Shown: piece by piece, positions 34,998-46,111 of the stretch
Position numbering within the stretch: position 1 is the first letter of the stretch
Layout: the number at the start of each line of letters is the position of its first letter
NCBI GenBank assembly: GCA_958009085.1
Contig: OY253668.1
Coordinates: forward strand, 1,054,001-1,118,000
Length of the DNA: 64,000 nt
Direction of reading: 5' to 3'
Source: Protoeuglena noctilucae
Lineage: Eukaryota
Notes under the pieces: generated by a model
Seen by the model: the letters and a program-made list of their open reading frames with translations, nothing else
Told to the model about the DNA's origin: nothing
Databases searched by the model: none
Made by a program: the position numbers and the translations under genes

Positions 34998-37932
34998 ATG
35001 GAGGGTTTGATCCGTTCCTCACCTGATCGACGCACGACGTGGATGCCGTCCAACGCAGGCTTGGCTCTCCTTTGCATCTTCCTTGTGGTCTTCTTCCGGC
35101 GCATCGCTCTCCTCCTGGATGACTTGGTGAGTGGGCAGAGAAAAGGCTCGAAACGCTGAGCCCTTCCTCCGCGAAGCGCTGAGCGCCCGTCTTCCCGCGT
35201 CCTTCCAGATCTACATCCTGTTCGGGCGCTGGGGATCCGGGGTCCGCGGCCCATGGTATGAGGGCAACTTCGCCCCCATCGCGGGCGACACGGACCCCGT
35301 CGAGGTGAAGGTCGTCTCGGGGCAGCTGCCGAAGGACCTGGAGGGGTGCCTGATCCGCAACGGGCCGAACTCGCTCTACCAGCCCCGGGGCGGCTTCCAC
35401 TGGTTCGACGGCGACGGCATGCTCCACGCCTTGCGCCTCAAGGGCGGCCGGGCGTTCTACAGCCGCCAGCTCGTCGAGACGGACAAGGTCGCTTGCGAGC
35501 GCAAGTGGGGCCGGAGCCTCTTCCCCAGCTTCGACGACTTCCGCGGCCTGGGCGGCCTCCTCACCTTATGGATGGCCATCCTCAAGACGTGGCTGCGCAT
35601 CACCCCGACCCCCGGTGCGTGCGTCACTGTCACTGTCGCCACCGGCGATCCCAGCCAACCACAGCCCCTTCTGCTTCCATGCTCACGCTCGCTGGTGTGG
35701 CTGTCGCAGTGGCGGGCACGGCCAACACGGCCCTGGCCTACTCAGCGCAACGCCTGCTGGCCCTGAACGAGGGAATGCTGCCCACGACGGTCAAGCTCGT
35801 CTGCGAGGGACTGGCGAGGGACTTCCGCGTTTTGTCCGAGCTCAAGGGCGCGGGATGGGCAGGGGCCTTCACGGGTGAGAGAGGTGGGGGTGTGAGGGAC
35901 GTGAAAGGTATGAGGCCCGGAGGGGCGAGGGGTGGGTCGTGAGAGCGGGGCGGTGTCAGTCGTTGTCGGGCATGCGATGGGCGGGGTCTCGGGTGCTCTA
36001 TGGGGAGGGACGCACGACGCGCAACGCATGCCCTGCTCTTTCACCAACTCGCAGCCCACCCGAAGTTGGACCCTGAGACGGGCGAGCTCTTCTTCTTCGG
36101 CTACGGCATGCACAACAAGCCCCACTTCGACTACGGTGTGCTGGACAAGGTGAGGCTTGGCTGCTCGGTCGACATGGTTCGCTAACCCTGAGCATCGCAG
36201 ATGAGACCGCATGCGTCACGCATCCTGTGCTATCGTCTGTCGCAGTCGGGGAACCTGGTGCGGAAGTTCGAGGTTCCTATTCCCGAGAACGTCATGGCCC
36301 ACGACATGGCCCTCACCCAGGACTACGCCCTGCTGTTCGACGTGCCCCTCGCCTTTGACTTCGAGCACGCCATCAAGGTGCGTGGCGCACCATGGGTGGT
36401 GGCCTAGGATGCGGAAGGTATTGTGCGAATGCCATCCATCGCATGGGCCTCTCGGTGCTTTGGGGTGCGTGGCTATGGCATAGTTGCACCCCTAATATCC
36501 ATGCCTCCTCGCTCCCCGCAGAAGGGCACCCTCCCCGTGGTGGCGAAGAAGCGCCCCCTGCGCATCGGCGTTCTGCCGCGCATGGCCCACGACGCATCGG
36601 GTGACACCCAGCATGTGTGCACGTCTGCCAACTGCCCCACGCGAACGCACCTGCCAGCTGCGTCAGCCCTGATGGCCCGACCGTCGGCACGTGTTGACCT
36701 CATCCTTGTCCTCCTTATGCTACGCAGAGATCGTGTGGTTCGAGACGGAGCCGTGGGTGATGTTCCACACGATGTGCGCCTGGCAGGAGGGCCACACGGT
36801 CTTTGTGGTCATGTGCCCTCTCGTGGGCCACTTCGACCTCGGCTTGCCCGCGCGCCCCGGCAACAAGCCCGACCTGGAGCGCCTCACGACCCTTGTGGCC
36901 CTCGACATGTCGCCAAAGAGCGTCGAGGCGTACCGGTGAGGCCAGCTAGCGACTACGGGTCACGCCGCGATGATGATGATGATGAACTAAGTGAGGAGCA
37001 CCTGTGGGACTGTCAGACCCGTCTCCTTTCATCTCTCTCGCCGCTGCAGGGCGGGGCAGAAGCTCACCGCGCGCACCATGCACCTCCACGGTCCCGAGTA
37101 CGAGACCGACTTCCCCCGCATCCGGGAGGACTTCCACACCAAGTTGGTGAGAGAGAGGGACCGGCGATGGTGCGGCACTCCCAGCCTCGTCGTTGCGGGC
37201 GACGACACAGGCAGCCGATGACCAGCCACTGCGGCCCTGCATGCTCAGCCCCTCTCCACCCAGCTTGTCTGGTGCCGGTGTGAACCACTTTCGATCCCTT
37301 TCCACCCCCAGTGCAAGTACGGGTACATGGCGGCCACCAAGACGGCGGAGTTCGAGCGCATGGAGATCTTCCACGGCGTGCTGAAGATCGACCTGCAGGC
37401 AGCCGCGGCAGACATGACCCGGGCGATAAAGGCCGGCCAGGCGCCGACGCCGGCCGCGCGGGGGTACGTGAGGGGATTCGTCGAGCACGGCCGCCGGACG
37501 TTCGGGGGCGAGGCGGTCTTTGCGCCCCGCAAGGGATCCAGGGGCCCGGATGACGGCTACCTGGTCCTTTACGTGCACGACGAGGAGAAGAACAAGAGCT
37601 ACGGGGCGTTCTACGGTGAGGGCTTTGTGTCATGGGACGGGACACTGCCGCGGTGCTGTTGAGTAAGTGGGGCGATGAGGCCCGCAGCTGAGGTGTTATC
37701 TAGCCCATCGCCTCCAGCCCCATCGACACCTTGCCGCCAGCTGCCCACGTGCCACCCCTCCCCTGTCACCCACTCACCCACTGCACCTGTCCATCCCCGT
37801 CCTATCGCAGATGCCCGCTCCATGGCCTCCAAGCCCGTGGCCGTGGTGGAGATCCCCCAGCGCGTGCCGTACGGGTTCCACGCCATCTGGCTCACGGAGG
37901 AGCAGGTGCGGGAGCAGGTCGCCCGGCGCTGA
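34998..37932 (+). CDS. Carotenoid cleavage dioxygenase (CCD1/CCD4-like, RPE65 family); about 12 exons
   Basis: [23 protein letters not shown] and [10 protein letters not shown]. All four Fe-binding His are present ([27 protein letters not shown]), plus GGEAVFAP and DDGYLV. The start may lie further upstream, at 34911. Confidence 0.93.
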
Positions 37933-38588
37933 GCGGGCACCGCTCGGCGCCTGGCATGTCGCCATCTGGCGTTTCGTCATGGCCCCCGCAACAGGGCGGC
38001 CGCTGTGGTCGAAGCACGGGATCAGCGCTGTGTGTCCAGCAAGGCTGCGCCGCGTGTCTCTTTGCACTTGGCCCTCTCGCTTCCCTTTCCTCTGTTCTCT
38101 CTGCACTCCGCAGCCCAGCCTGACCTGCGCTTCCTCCACAGCCGCTCTCATTCGCTTCAACACAAGTCACTGCAGCTCTGCTTCGCTGCGACCACGGTCT
38201 CATCCGCTCGCATGACGGCATCGCGTTTGCTCGTCAGCTCAGCTACCGCCACTGACGTAGCGGCTCGCCACCTCCGGCAGGGACACCTGACAGTGCCGCT
38301 ACCCCTCTGGCTCCGTCGGCCGGTCGTCTCGACTCCCCGCAGCGTCGCTCTCGCGCTCATGTGCGCCTCGGTGGATGTCCGCCAAACTCTGCCGCCCATC
38401 CCCGCCCTCTCCCTCCGTACCTCTTTCCCTGCGAAGTGCAGCACCCATCAGCATGTGCAATCCACCCCACACCATTCCAACAGTTGACAGAACCCACGTG
38501 CTAAGGGATTCGAGCCTGTGTTGGAGAGCCGGGCCAAGTTGCCGCACGCACACTGTGTCCATCTCGCCTCCCTGGCCCCCACCCGCGC

Positions 38589-41500
38589 TCACCGGGACCC
38601 CACCTGCCCCTGAGGTGAGGGGTGGTGCGACGACCCCTCTCCCACCTCCCGGAACGCCTCGCCCTCTCCTCCCGACTCCTCGTTCACCCGCTTCAGCTGC
38701 CCCTGGGGCTGCTCTGACGACCCCCTTGGTGCCAGTTCCGTGTGGGACAGGCCGAACTGCACCGGCAGCACGTCCGCACGGTGCCGCGTGTCGTCCGAGC
38801 CCGTGTCGGGCCGCATCGACCGCCGCTGGAGGTCCCGGATGCGGTGCGCGAGGGTGTTCTGCTTGTCCTCCAGCAGCCGCACCTCTGGGGTTGGGTCAGG
38901 GCCAGGTGTGAGCGAGCGCTGTTGATGTCGATGTCATGCAACCGTGACACGAGGTCAGGCACAGGACTGCCAAGGACTGCCTCCAGCGCAGCCTGCCCCT
39001 GACGCTCACCGTTTTTGAACCGCGGGTCGACGGACACCTGATGCAGCAGGCTCTCCCGCACGCCCCTCAGCAGGTCGCTGTGGATGCGGTCGGACCTCTC
39101 AAGCAGCGGCCGCAGCGCCGACATCTGGAGCTCCCATAGCGCGCAGAGCTCCACGGCCCTGCAAGCCAACGCCGGTGCGCAGTTGTGGGCGCCCAAGCGA
39201 CAGGCAACCCCCACACTGCATGCGTGATGTCACGCCCACGCGCACCCACACCGCAGGCTGGCGGCTGTGACTCAGCCGCCTTTTCCATGTAAAGTTCTCT
39301 AAGCCAATATCGCGACGCGATCGTCTCACCTGAACCCCCTCGGCCGCTCCTTGTACAGGGACAGGCACTCGCCAAACACAGCCCCCTGGCTGAGCACGGC
39401 CGGCGCATGGATGATGCTCTCGAGTTTGTCGTGGAGGACCACCGCCACCGCCCCTTCCTCGAGGATGAACATCGACGACGCCTCCTCCCCTTGCACGCAG
39501 ATGTCCTGCCCGGGCGTGGCCGTCACGAGGTGCAGACGTGCTGCGATGGCCTCGAGGCCCCCGTCCGACAGGTACCTGCACAGCACGAAACGCGAGAAGC
39601 CATTTGAAGTGGCGGCATTCATCAACGGAGTTGCCTCGCAGGCACTGCTGTGTCACTACCACTTCCCAACACATGCACACTGGGGCGCCGTCAATGGTCA
39701 CATCACGTTCTCCAATCTCCGACACCCATGGCAAGCGCTCACTTGAACGACTTGATCTGCCGTAGCAGGCCCGTGGTGAGGTAGGCCACCACCTCGGTGC
39801 GGATGCCCTTGGGCAGGTCCTCGAGGATTCGTGCTTCGCTCTTCTCGCGGAACTCCCGCCCCCACACCTCGGAGTAGAAGGTGAGCGCCGTGTCGCGGAG
39901 GCCGGGAGGGAGGCTCTTGCGCTGGGCGAACCGGACGACCTGCTCCAGTTTCGACCGCCGCTCCTCCGCCCGCTGCCGCCCCTGGGAGCTCCGCATCAGC
40001 TCCTGGCCGAACAGCCCAAACACGAAGGCGAAGATGGCGATGCCGAGCGTCTCCACGATGATCAGCACCACGCGCTCTGCAAGGTTGGCGGGGACGATGT
40101 CCCCAAAGCCGACCGTCGCCACGGTCGTGATGGCCCTGCGTGCGGTCAAGTAGGGGTCAGGTAGGGTAGCATGGTCATCCGCGTTGGCCGTGACCGACGC
40201 TGTGCCTTCCAAACGTCACACTTCCAAATGCTATAGACGCACATGGGACAGACAGAGCCCTGGTAGCCCTGGTCGGTCATGGTTGCAGAGACGCTGCCCC
40301 CCTCTGCAACCCATCTCTGACGCCACACCGCACAGGCCAAGCGACATTCCATCCATCATCGCTCGCGCAGCCACTCGCCAGTACACGCTGGTCCAGTATT
40401 GGAAGAGGATGCTCTCGGTCTCCTCCCCCGCGTGGCAGACCCAATTGGCCCGGTCCGTGCACACCGCCTGGCCCGTGCGGTAGGCCTCGGGGTACTGGAG
40501 ACCCTCCCAGACGGCCACGATATGCAGGAACATGCCGAGGAAGTTGATGGTTAGGTATAGCATGTAGAGCACCTCGAGCACGAACAGCGTCGGCACCCCG
40601 ATGAAGCGGGCGAGGAAGAACCGAGGGGTCGAGCGGTAGCCCCCGGTGATGTGGTGGTAGAGCTCGCGCACGAACGATCCTGTGGGACAGGGCAGGGAGA
40701 TCCGGTGAGGGTCACGCAAGCAGGCCCGGCGCTGTGTGCATTGAAGCCAGCGCAGTGGCCTGGGAGGGGCCAGCTAAGCGAATGGCGTGGCAGCGGCAGC
40801 AGTCACGCACCCAGGCGGATGAGTCGCACGAGGCGGAGGATGTTGAATCCCTCAACGCCCATGTCCCCAATGGAGGCGCCCCCCAGCACCGCCATCTGGA
40901 TGGTCCAGGGGACCACGGAGACCAGGTCGACCCAGAAGCGGTGGTGAAGGACGTAGAAGCGAGCGATCTTGCCGCGAGACATGACCAGGGCCCGGCGCAT
41001 CTTGTACACCACGACGAACCCCTGCGAGCGAGGCACAGGGTCGCACTCCAGCTGCTGCCAGGCCAGACACCCTGGGCCGGCACGGTGCGCCTTGCGCCAG
41101 TCTCCTTTCCAGCTCACCACATTGAAGGAGATGACGAGGTCTGCAGCGTAGAAGGCCCCGCCGATGGCGTTGACGACCGCACCCCAGCCCTGCGTGCAGA
41201 GTGGTGCAGTGGGTGGCGCGACGCCATGGCATGACATCCCCAGACTCGGGCAACCAGCTGATATGCCTAGCCGGCTCACGTCAAACTCCGAGATGTTCAT
41301 TCCTGCCGTGACTGGGACCAGGAAGGCGGTGTAGGTGGCGTCGATGAAGATGACGATCATGGACCACATCACGTACCCGCGGCTCCGAGGGGACAGGACC
41401 GGGATCCGGGAGCGCTGCAGTGCTCCGCCAGCGGTGCTCGGCTCAATGGTGATCCTGCAGGGCATAGCGAGGTGAGGTGAGACACGGCCGTGCGGCGACG

Positions 41501-41935
41501 CCAAGGTTGCCGTGCAGGGCCGCTCGGACCTGGCCAGCGGGGTCTCTTGGGGCGCGTCGCCTTTCCAGTACTGCGATGAAGAAAGGTTTTAGATTGTGGC
41601 TACTCGGAGAGGCGCTGGGCTACACTGAGCCACCCATACCATCCGATGCGGCCGCAGCGTACCTCAAACGCCTGCTGCGTGTCCACGTGGTACACGCGGC
41701 GCAGTCCAGGAGTCATTGGCTTGTTTTGGGACCTCCCGTTTCGGTCGCTGCTCCCGCTGGGCATCATCTCGTCAAGATCCCTTGACGCCACCGCTCTGGA
41801 GCTATGAGAGGGCTCACGCTTGTCCAGGGTATCGAGAGGACTTTCATTTCCATGCTCGCGGCAGTCGGTCGTGCTGCCGCCGCTGGAGCGCTCGCCCTCG
41901 GTCCCCCGCTTGTCGCCGCGTTGTGGTTCAGCCAT
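38589..41935 (-). CDS. Voltage-gated K+ channel with cyclic-nucleotide-binding homology domain (EAG/HCN/plant Shaker-like); multi-exon
   Basis: S1 WSMIVIFIDATYTAFLVP, S4 NILRLVRLIRL, pore SVYW/AITTVATVGFGDIVP, C-linker ILEDLPKGIRTEV and CNBD PGQDICVQGEEASSMFILEEG...GAVFGE. Confidence 0.92.
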
Positions 41936-42330
41936 GGCGTCCTCTCCGCCCCGCCGCCCGAGCAGCAAGGGCACCACGCAAGATGAGACTCTCAGAAGCT
42001 GTCGAATTTTGACTATTCGAGCAAAGTCGCCCGCGCAGGATGCCGCGAGCTCGCGTTCAAACCTAGCAAGCACCAGCACCCGCTTCAGGGCCAAACCAGC
42101 GAGTCGGGCCGGTCGCGCTCTCGACGAGAGTACGCTGTGATGGGTGGAAGCATCACTACGGTCTTGCATTCACAATCGCGGGCGGGGGGCCACCCTTGAC
42201 AGTCTCTGGCGTGCCTGGTCCGGCTGGTGAAGTGCGCGCGAGGCTTGCAAGCCCGAGCCTGAGTGCTGAGGTTGTCCTGCAACTCTTGTAGAGACTCCGG
42301 GGACACCCGGCCAGAAGCGTGCGGGGCGGC

Positions 42331-43873
42331 ATGGGCAGCGTGGAGCTCCAGCACACGGCTCGGCTGGAAGTCGTGGACGAGAGGGATGCGCTGACGTCGG
42401 CGAAAGCGATTGCTACCCTGGAGCGCCTGCAGCAGCAGCAAGCGGAGCGGACGGCAGGTGCGCAGCTTTTGGTCACGAGCTGCCATCTGGATTGTCGGGA
42501 TGGGAACGCATCTCAATGTTCGCGACACGCTTTCCTCTCCAAGCCACCGTATGGCTCGCTCCTGCAGGCAAGGAGCGGCGCCAGCGCGAGCGGGAGGATG
42601 CAGAGGACCCGAATGAGTCCATTGCCCGCTTCCTGGAGGGTTTCTCGGCCTCCCGTGGGGAGATCGAGGCTAGCATTCGGAATCTGCAGGCGGAGGAGCA
42701 GCTTTCCGGAGCCGCGGCTGCCAGGGCGAGGTGCGGCCGCGAATAGAATGTCGTGCACGCTGCGCCCTCCCCCGTTCGCGTGCGCCGTCGTCCGCTGACG
42801 CGAGCCTCGTGACGCGCCCTCCGTGTATTCACCTTTGTCGCAGGGATGCGCTGTACCAATTGTCCCTCGCCATCAGCGGCTTGGAGGAGCAGGCTGCGCA
42901 GGCAGCGTACTTCCTCCCCCCATACGAGCAGCGCAGCTGCGCGGCCAGCATCCAGTCGCTGAGGAAGGCGCTGGAGGATTGCAAAAGCAAGGTGCGACGT
43001 CGCGACTGGCTGGTGTGCTGTGCTTTGGCAGAGCCTGGTTCAAATATGAAGCAATTTCGGCGCTTTGCAGGTGCTGCCGGCGAAGAAGTTTGCGTTCCGC
43101 GGCAACGTGACGCGCGTCCCGGCCAGCGCTCTCGCCAGCGAGCCCGGGCCTGCACCCGCGCGGCCGACGCTGCCAGCCCCGACCATCGCGTGGAGGGGCG
43201 AGGAGATTGGTGGGCGCCGCGGCGAGCGCATCGTCCGCGGGGGGGAGGAGCTCCGGGGCATGGACGTGAACGTGGTCGACCTGGAGGACTGCACGGTGGT
43301 CCTCACGGGCCAGCTGCGCGCTCTCCGGCTGCGAAACCTGCGTCGGTGCCGAGTCCTCGCCGCGGCCGTCGTCGGGTCGGTGTTCGTCGACTCGCTCGAG
43401 GACTGCCAGGCGTTCCTCGCCGCGAACCAGGCGAGGGGGGCAAGATTGCACAAGCACACCAGCTGCCCTGCTGCGCATCGCGGTTGGAGCGCGAAGGGGG
43501 GACCTCCCCGGCCGCAGATACGGATACACAGCTCCTCCAGTGTCGATTTCTACCTCCGCGTGAACTCCAAGCCCATCATCGAGCACACCAGCGCCGTGCG
43601 CTTCGCCCCGCTCCCGCCGCCGGACGCTTCCCTGCAAGCCCTCCTCGACGACGCGGGGCTAGGGCAGGAGAACGACCGGTGAGCTTGTTACGGTTGGCGG
43701 CGCCGCGGAGCCGCCGCGGTGTCTCCCGGGCGCCACGCGGGCTTCGTCACGGCCGACGCAGGTGGCGGGCCGTTGAGGACTTTGGGTGGATCAAGGCGGC
43801 GCAGAGTCCCCACTGGAGCGTGCTCCCCGACGACGAGAGGCGCGGAGACCTCTCCAGCTTGGGATTGGCATGA
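42331..43873 (+). CDS. TBCC: Tubulin-specific chaperone C (cofactor C); 6 exons
   Basis: N-terminal helical bundle with AAYFLPPYEQR and PAKKFAF. C-CAP domain DLEDCTV...GSVFVDSLEDC...ANQ/IRIHSS..DFYLRVNSKPIIEH, then WRAVEDFGWIK..SPHWSVLP. Confidence 0.93.
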
Positions 43874-44134
43874 GCGGGGAGGCGCTCTCGCGTTCCGGAG
43901 GTGGCGACGTGCTCCTGCCGAATCCATGCACCCGGCGCCCTTGCACGCTGCCAGGGCCCACGGATTGTTGAATTGTGTTCGACGGTGGGGCGCTGAGATC
44001 GGCCACGGTCCTCAACGCTCAGTCAGACCGTGCTGAGTCGGCAGCCTCGTCAATGCCTGCCCGACCGAACAAAGCGGCGAGAGCGGGCAGCCATGCCCAG
44101 AAGCTCCGAGCGCGATACGACGACCGTCGCAAAG

Positions 44135-45575
44135 ATGGCCCTCTCGTCGCTGTCGCGGGGCCTACGGGCTCTCGTCCCCTTCTCTCGCCTGGTACGCCGC
44201 ATCGCGCGTGTGCCGTGCACCGCCCGCGACCGATTCGACTTCATTATGCGACATACCTCCTCTCCGGCCCCCTCGCAGCTGCACTCGAGCCCGTATGGGC
44301 TCAAGGCCGTGCCCGAGCAGGCGCAGCAGGATATGCGCGTGGGCTCGACCGCGCCGGTCTCCGAGCTGCTCCTGTCGAAGGTACGTTTCGATGACGCGCA
44401 GAGTCAGCGCTCTTGGGCCCAAAGATTGGCTCCCAGCGCGCGGCCGGGCGCCCTAACCCTCCCCCCCTGGGTCCCCCGGGGCGCCCCAACCGCGGCCGCG
44501 CCTGACCCGCTGCCTGCAGAGGAATGTCGGTATGCACCTTTACGTGCACGACGACGCCACGATGATGGACGCGGTCCGCAAGGCGAGTCGGAGCCGGCCG
44601 GTCTCGAAGCCGGCCGGTCTTGCGGCTCGGGGGGCCCTTGTAGCCCCCGACGAGCGCTCATGCGGCAGCGATTGGGACTCGAAGCCTTGATTGTGGCGCG
44701 GTCGGCGCGCGGGGGACCGCACCGGCTTCGCTTGGCCGCGGATGGACGTAACGACCTTTCCAAACGCCGCCCGATGCGGCTGTGGGCGGCGCCTGTATTG
44801 CGCCGTGTCCGCATCCCGGGCGGAGAGCACGAGAGACCAGGCTCTCCCCCTGGGGACCCGCCCCGGGGCCGGGATAGGACACGCCTGGAGTTGCGAACAC
44901 GACCTCGCGCCTGCAAGCATCGGGCGTGTATCTCGGCCACTCTTGCAGTTGACCAGGACAGGTTCGGGCGCCCGCTGATTGTCGACCGCCCGACCGCGCC
45001 CCTCCCGCCCGCAGATGGCCGAGAACAAGGTTGGATGCCTGCTGGTCGTCAACCACCCGAACGGCCAGGCCTGGGACCAGGACGCCGGCGACATCGTGGG
45101 CATCGTGAGCGAGCGCGACTACCTGACCAAGGTGGCCCTGGTGGGGAGGAAGTCGGACACGACGCGCGTCGCGGAGATCATGACGCCGTCCAGCAAGGCG
45201 AGGCTGGGTGGCGTGGCGTGTGTCGAGATGCGGCGGGTGCTGGTCGCCTGACCGTGCGCGTCGTGACGATCATCGCAGATCAAGACCGTGTCGCCCCACC
45301 ACAACGTCGTGGACGCCATGGTGCTCATGACGTCGCACAACATCCGCCACCTCCCCGTCATCGACAAGGGCAACTACATGGGCATGGTGTCGATCCGGGA
45401 CGTCGTCGAGACGGTCGTCAAGAACGCCAAGGCGAGCGCGACGCCGCACTGGCTGCTCGAGCTGCAGATGGGCAATGGCAGGGAGAGCGCGGCCATCTCG
45501 CGTCGCCTGTCCTCCGTACCCTGCCCGCAGAGGGACGTGGAGAGCATGGCAGGCTACATTTCCGGATCGTATTAG
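44135..45575 (+). CDS. CBS-pair domain protein, CBSX3-like, probably mitochondrial; 6 exons
   Basis: Presequence MALSSLSRGLRALVPFSRL. CBS motifs DAVRK/MAENKVGCLLVV, GIVSERDYLTKV, VAEIMTP and LMTSHNIRHLPVID...GMVSIRDVV, ending YISGSY*. Confidence 0.9.
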
Positions 45576-46111
45576 AGTTGCTACCGCAGAGGCTCAACCT
45601 ACAGACTCAATCCATGCGACACCCTTTCTCTCGTCGTTGAGCAGACGCGCCGCTCTTAGAGTTTGTTGCCTCAGTTACTGCTTTTCCCACGTGAGCGTGC
45701 CGACCGAGATGGTCTTCGTGGCCGGGGCGATCTGTTTAACGCAAGGTAGTTCACAATGCACACCCAAAGCGGAGGTGCCGTGTCAGGTCCGCCAGTGCCC
45801 CATCAGCAGCCCGCGACTAAGTCGACCGCGCGCGGTTCGGATCTCCCCATGTCGTCGACTGGTCCCCGGTCGTGGTCTCGCCGCGGCCGGAGAGAAGTCG
45901 CTTTTACCCATGCAGCAGCAAGGGGGACTGGTAGGAGGCGCATCCTTCGCTCCAATCATCTAGGAGGCACGGGGGGTTTTTTAAAGCAGTATGCGCTGAC
46001 CGTTTAGGGTTATTATCCAGCATGCGGAGGGGTGGGCCCACTCTCCCGCGCTACCGCGTGCCTGCGACAGTCCCCGCGACGAGGCAACCGAAGAACCTCC
46101 TCGCCGCGCTC

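Noticed and set aside
46003..46011. TTTAGGG telomere-like motif
   Set aside because: Single copy with no array.
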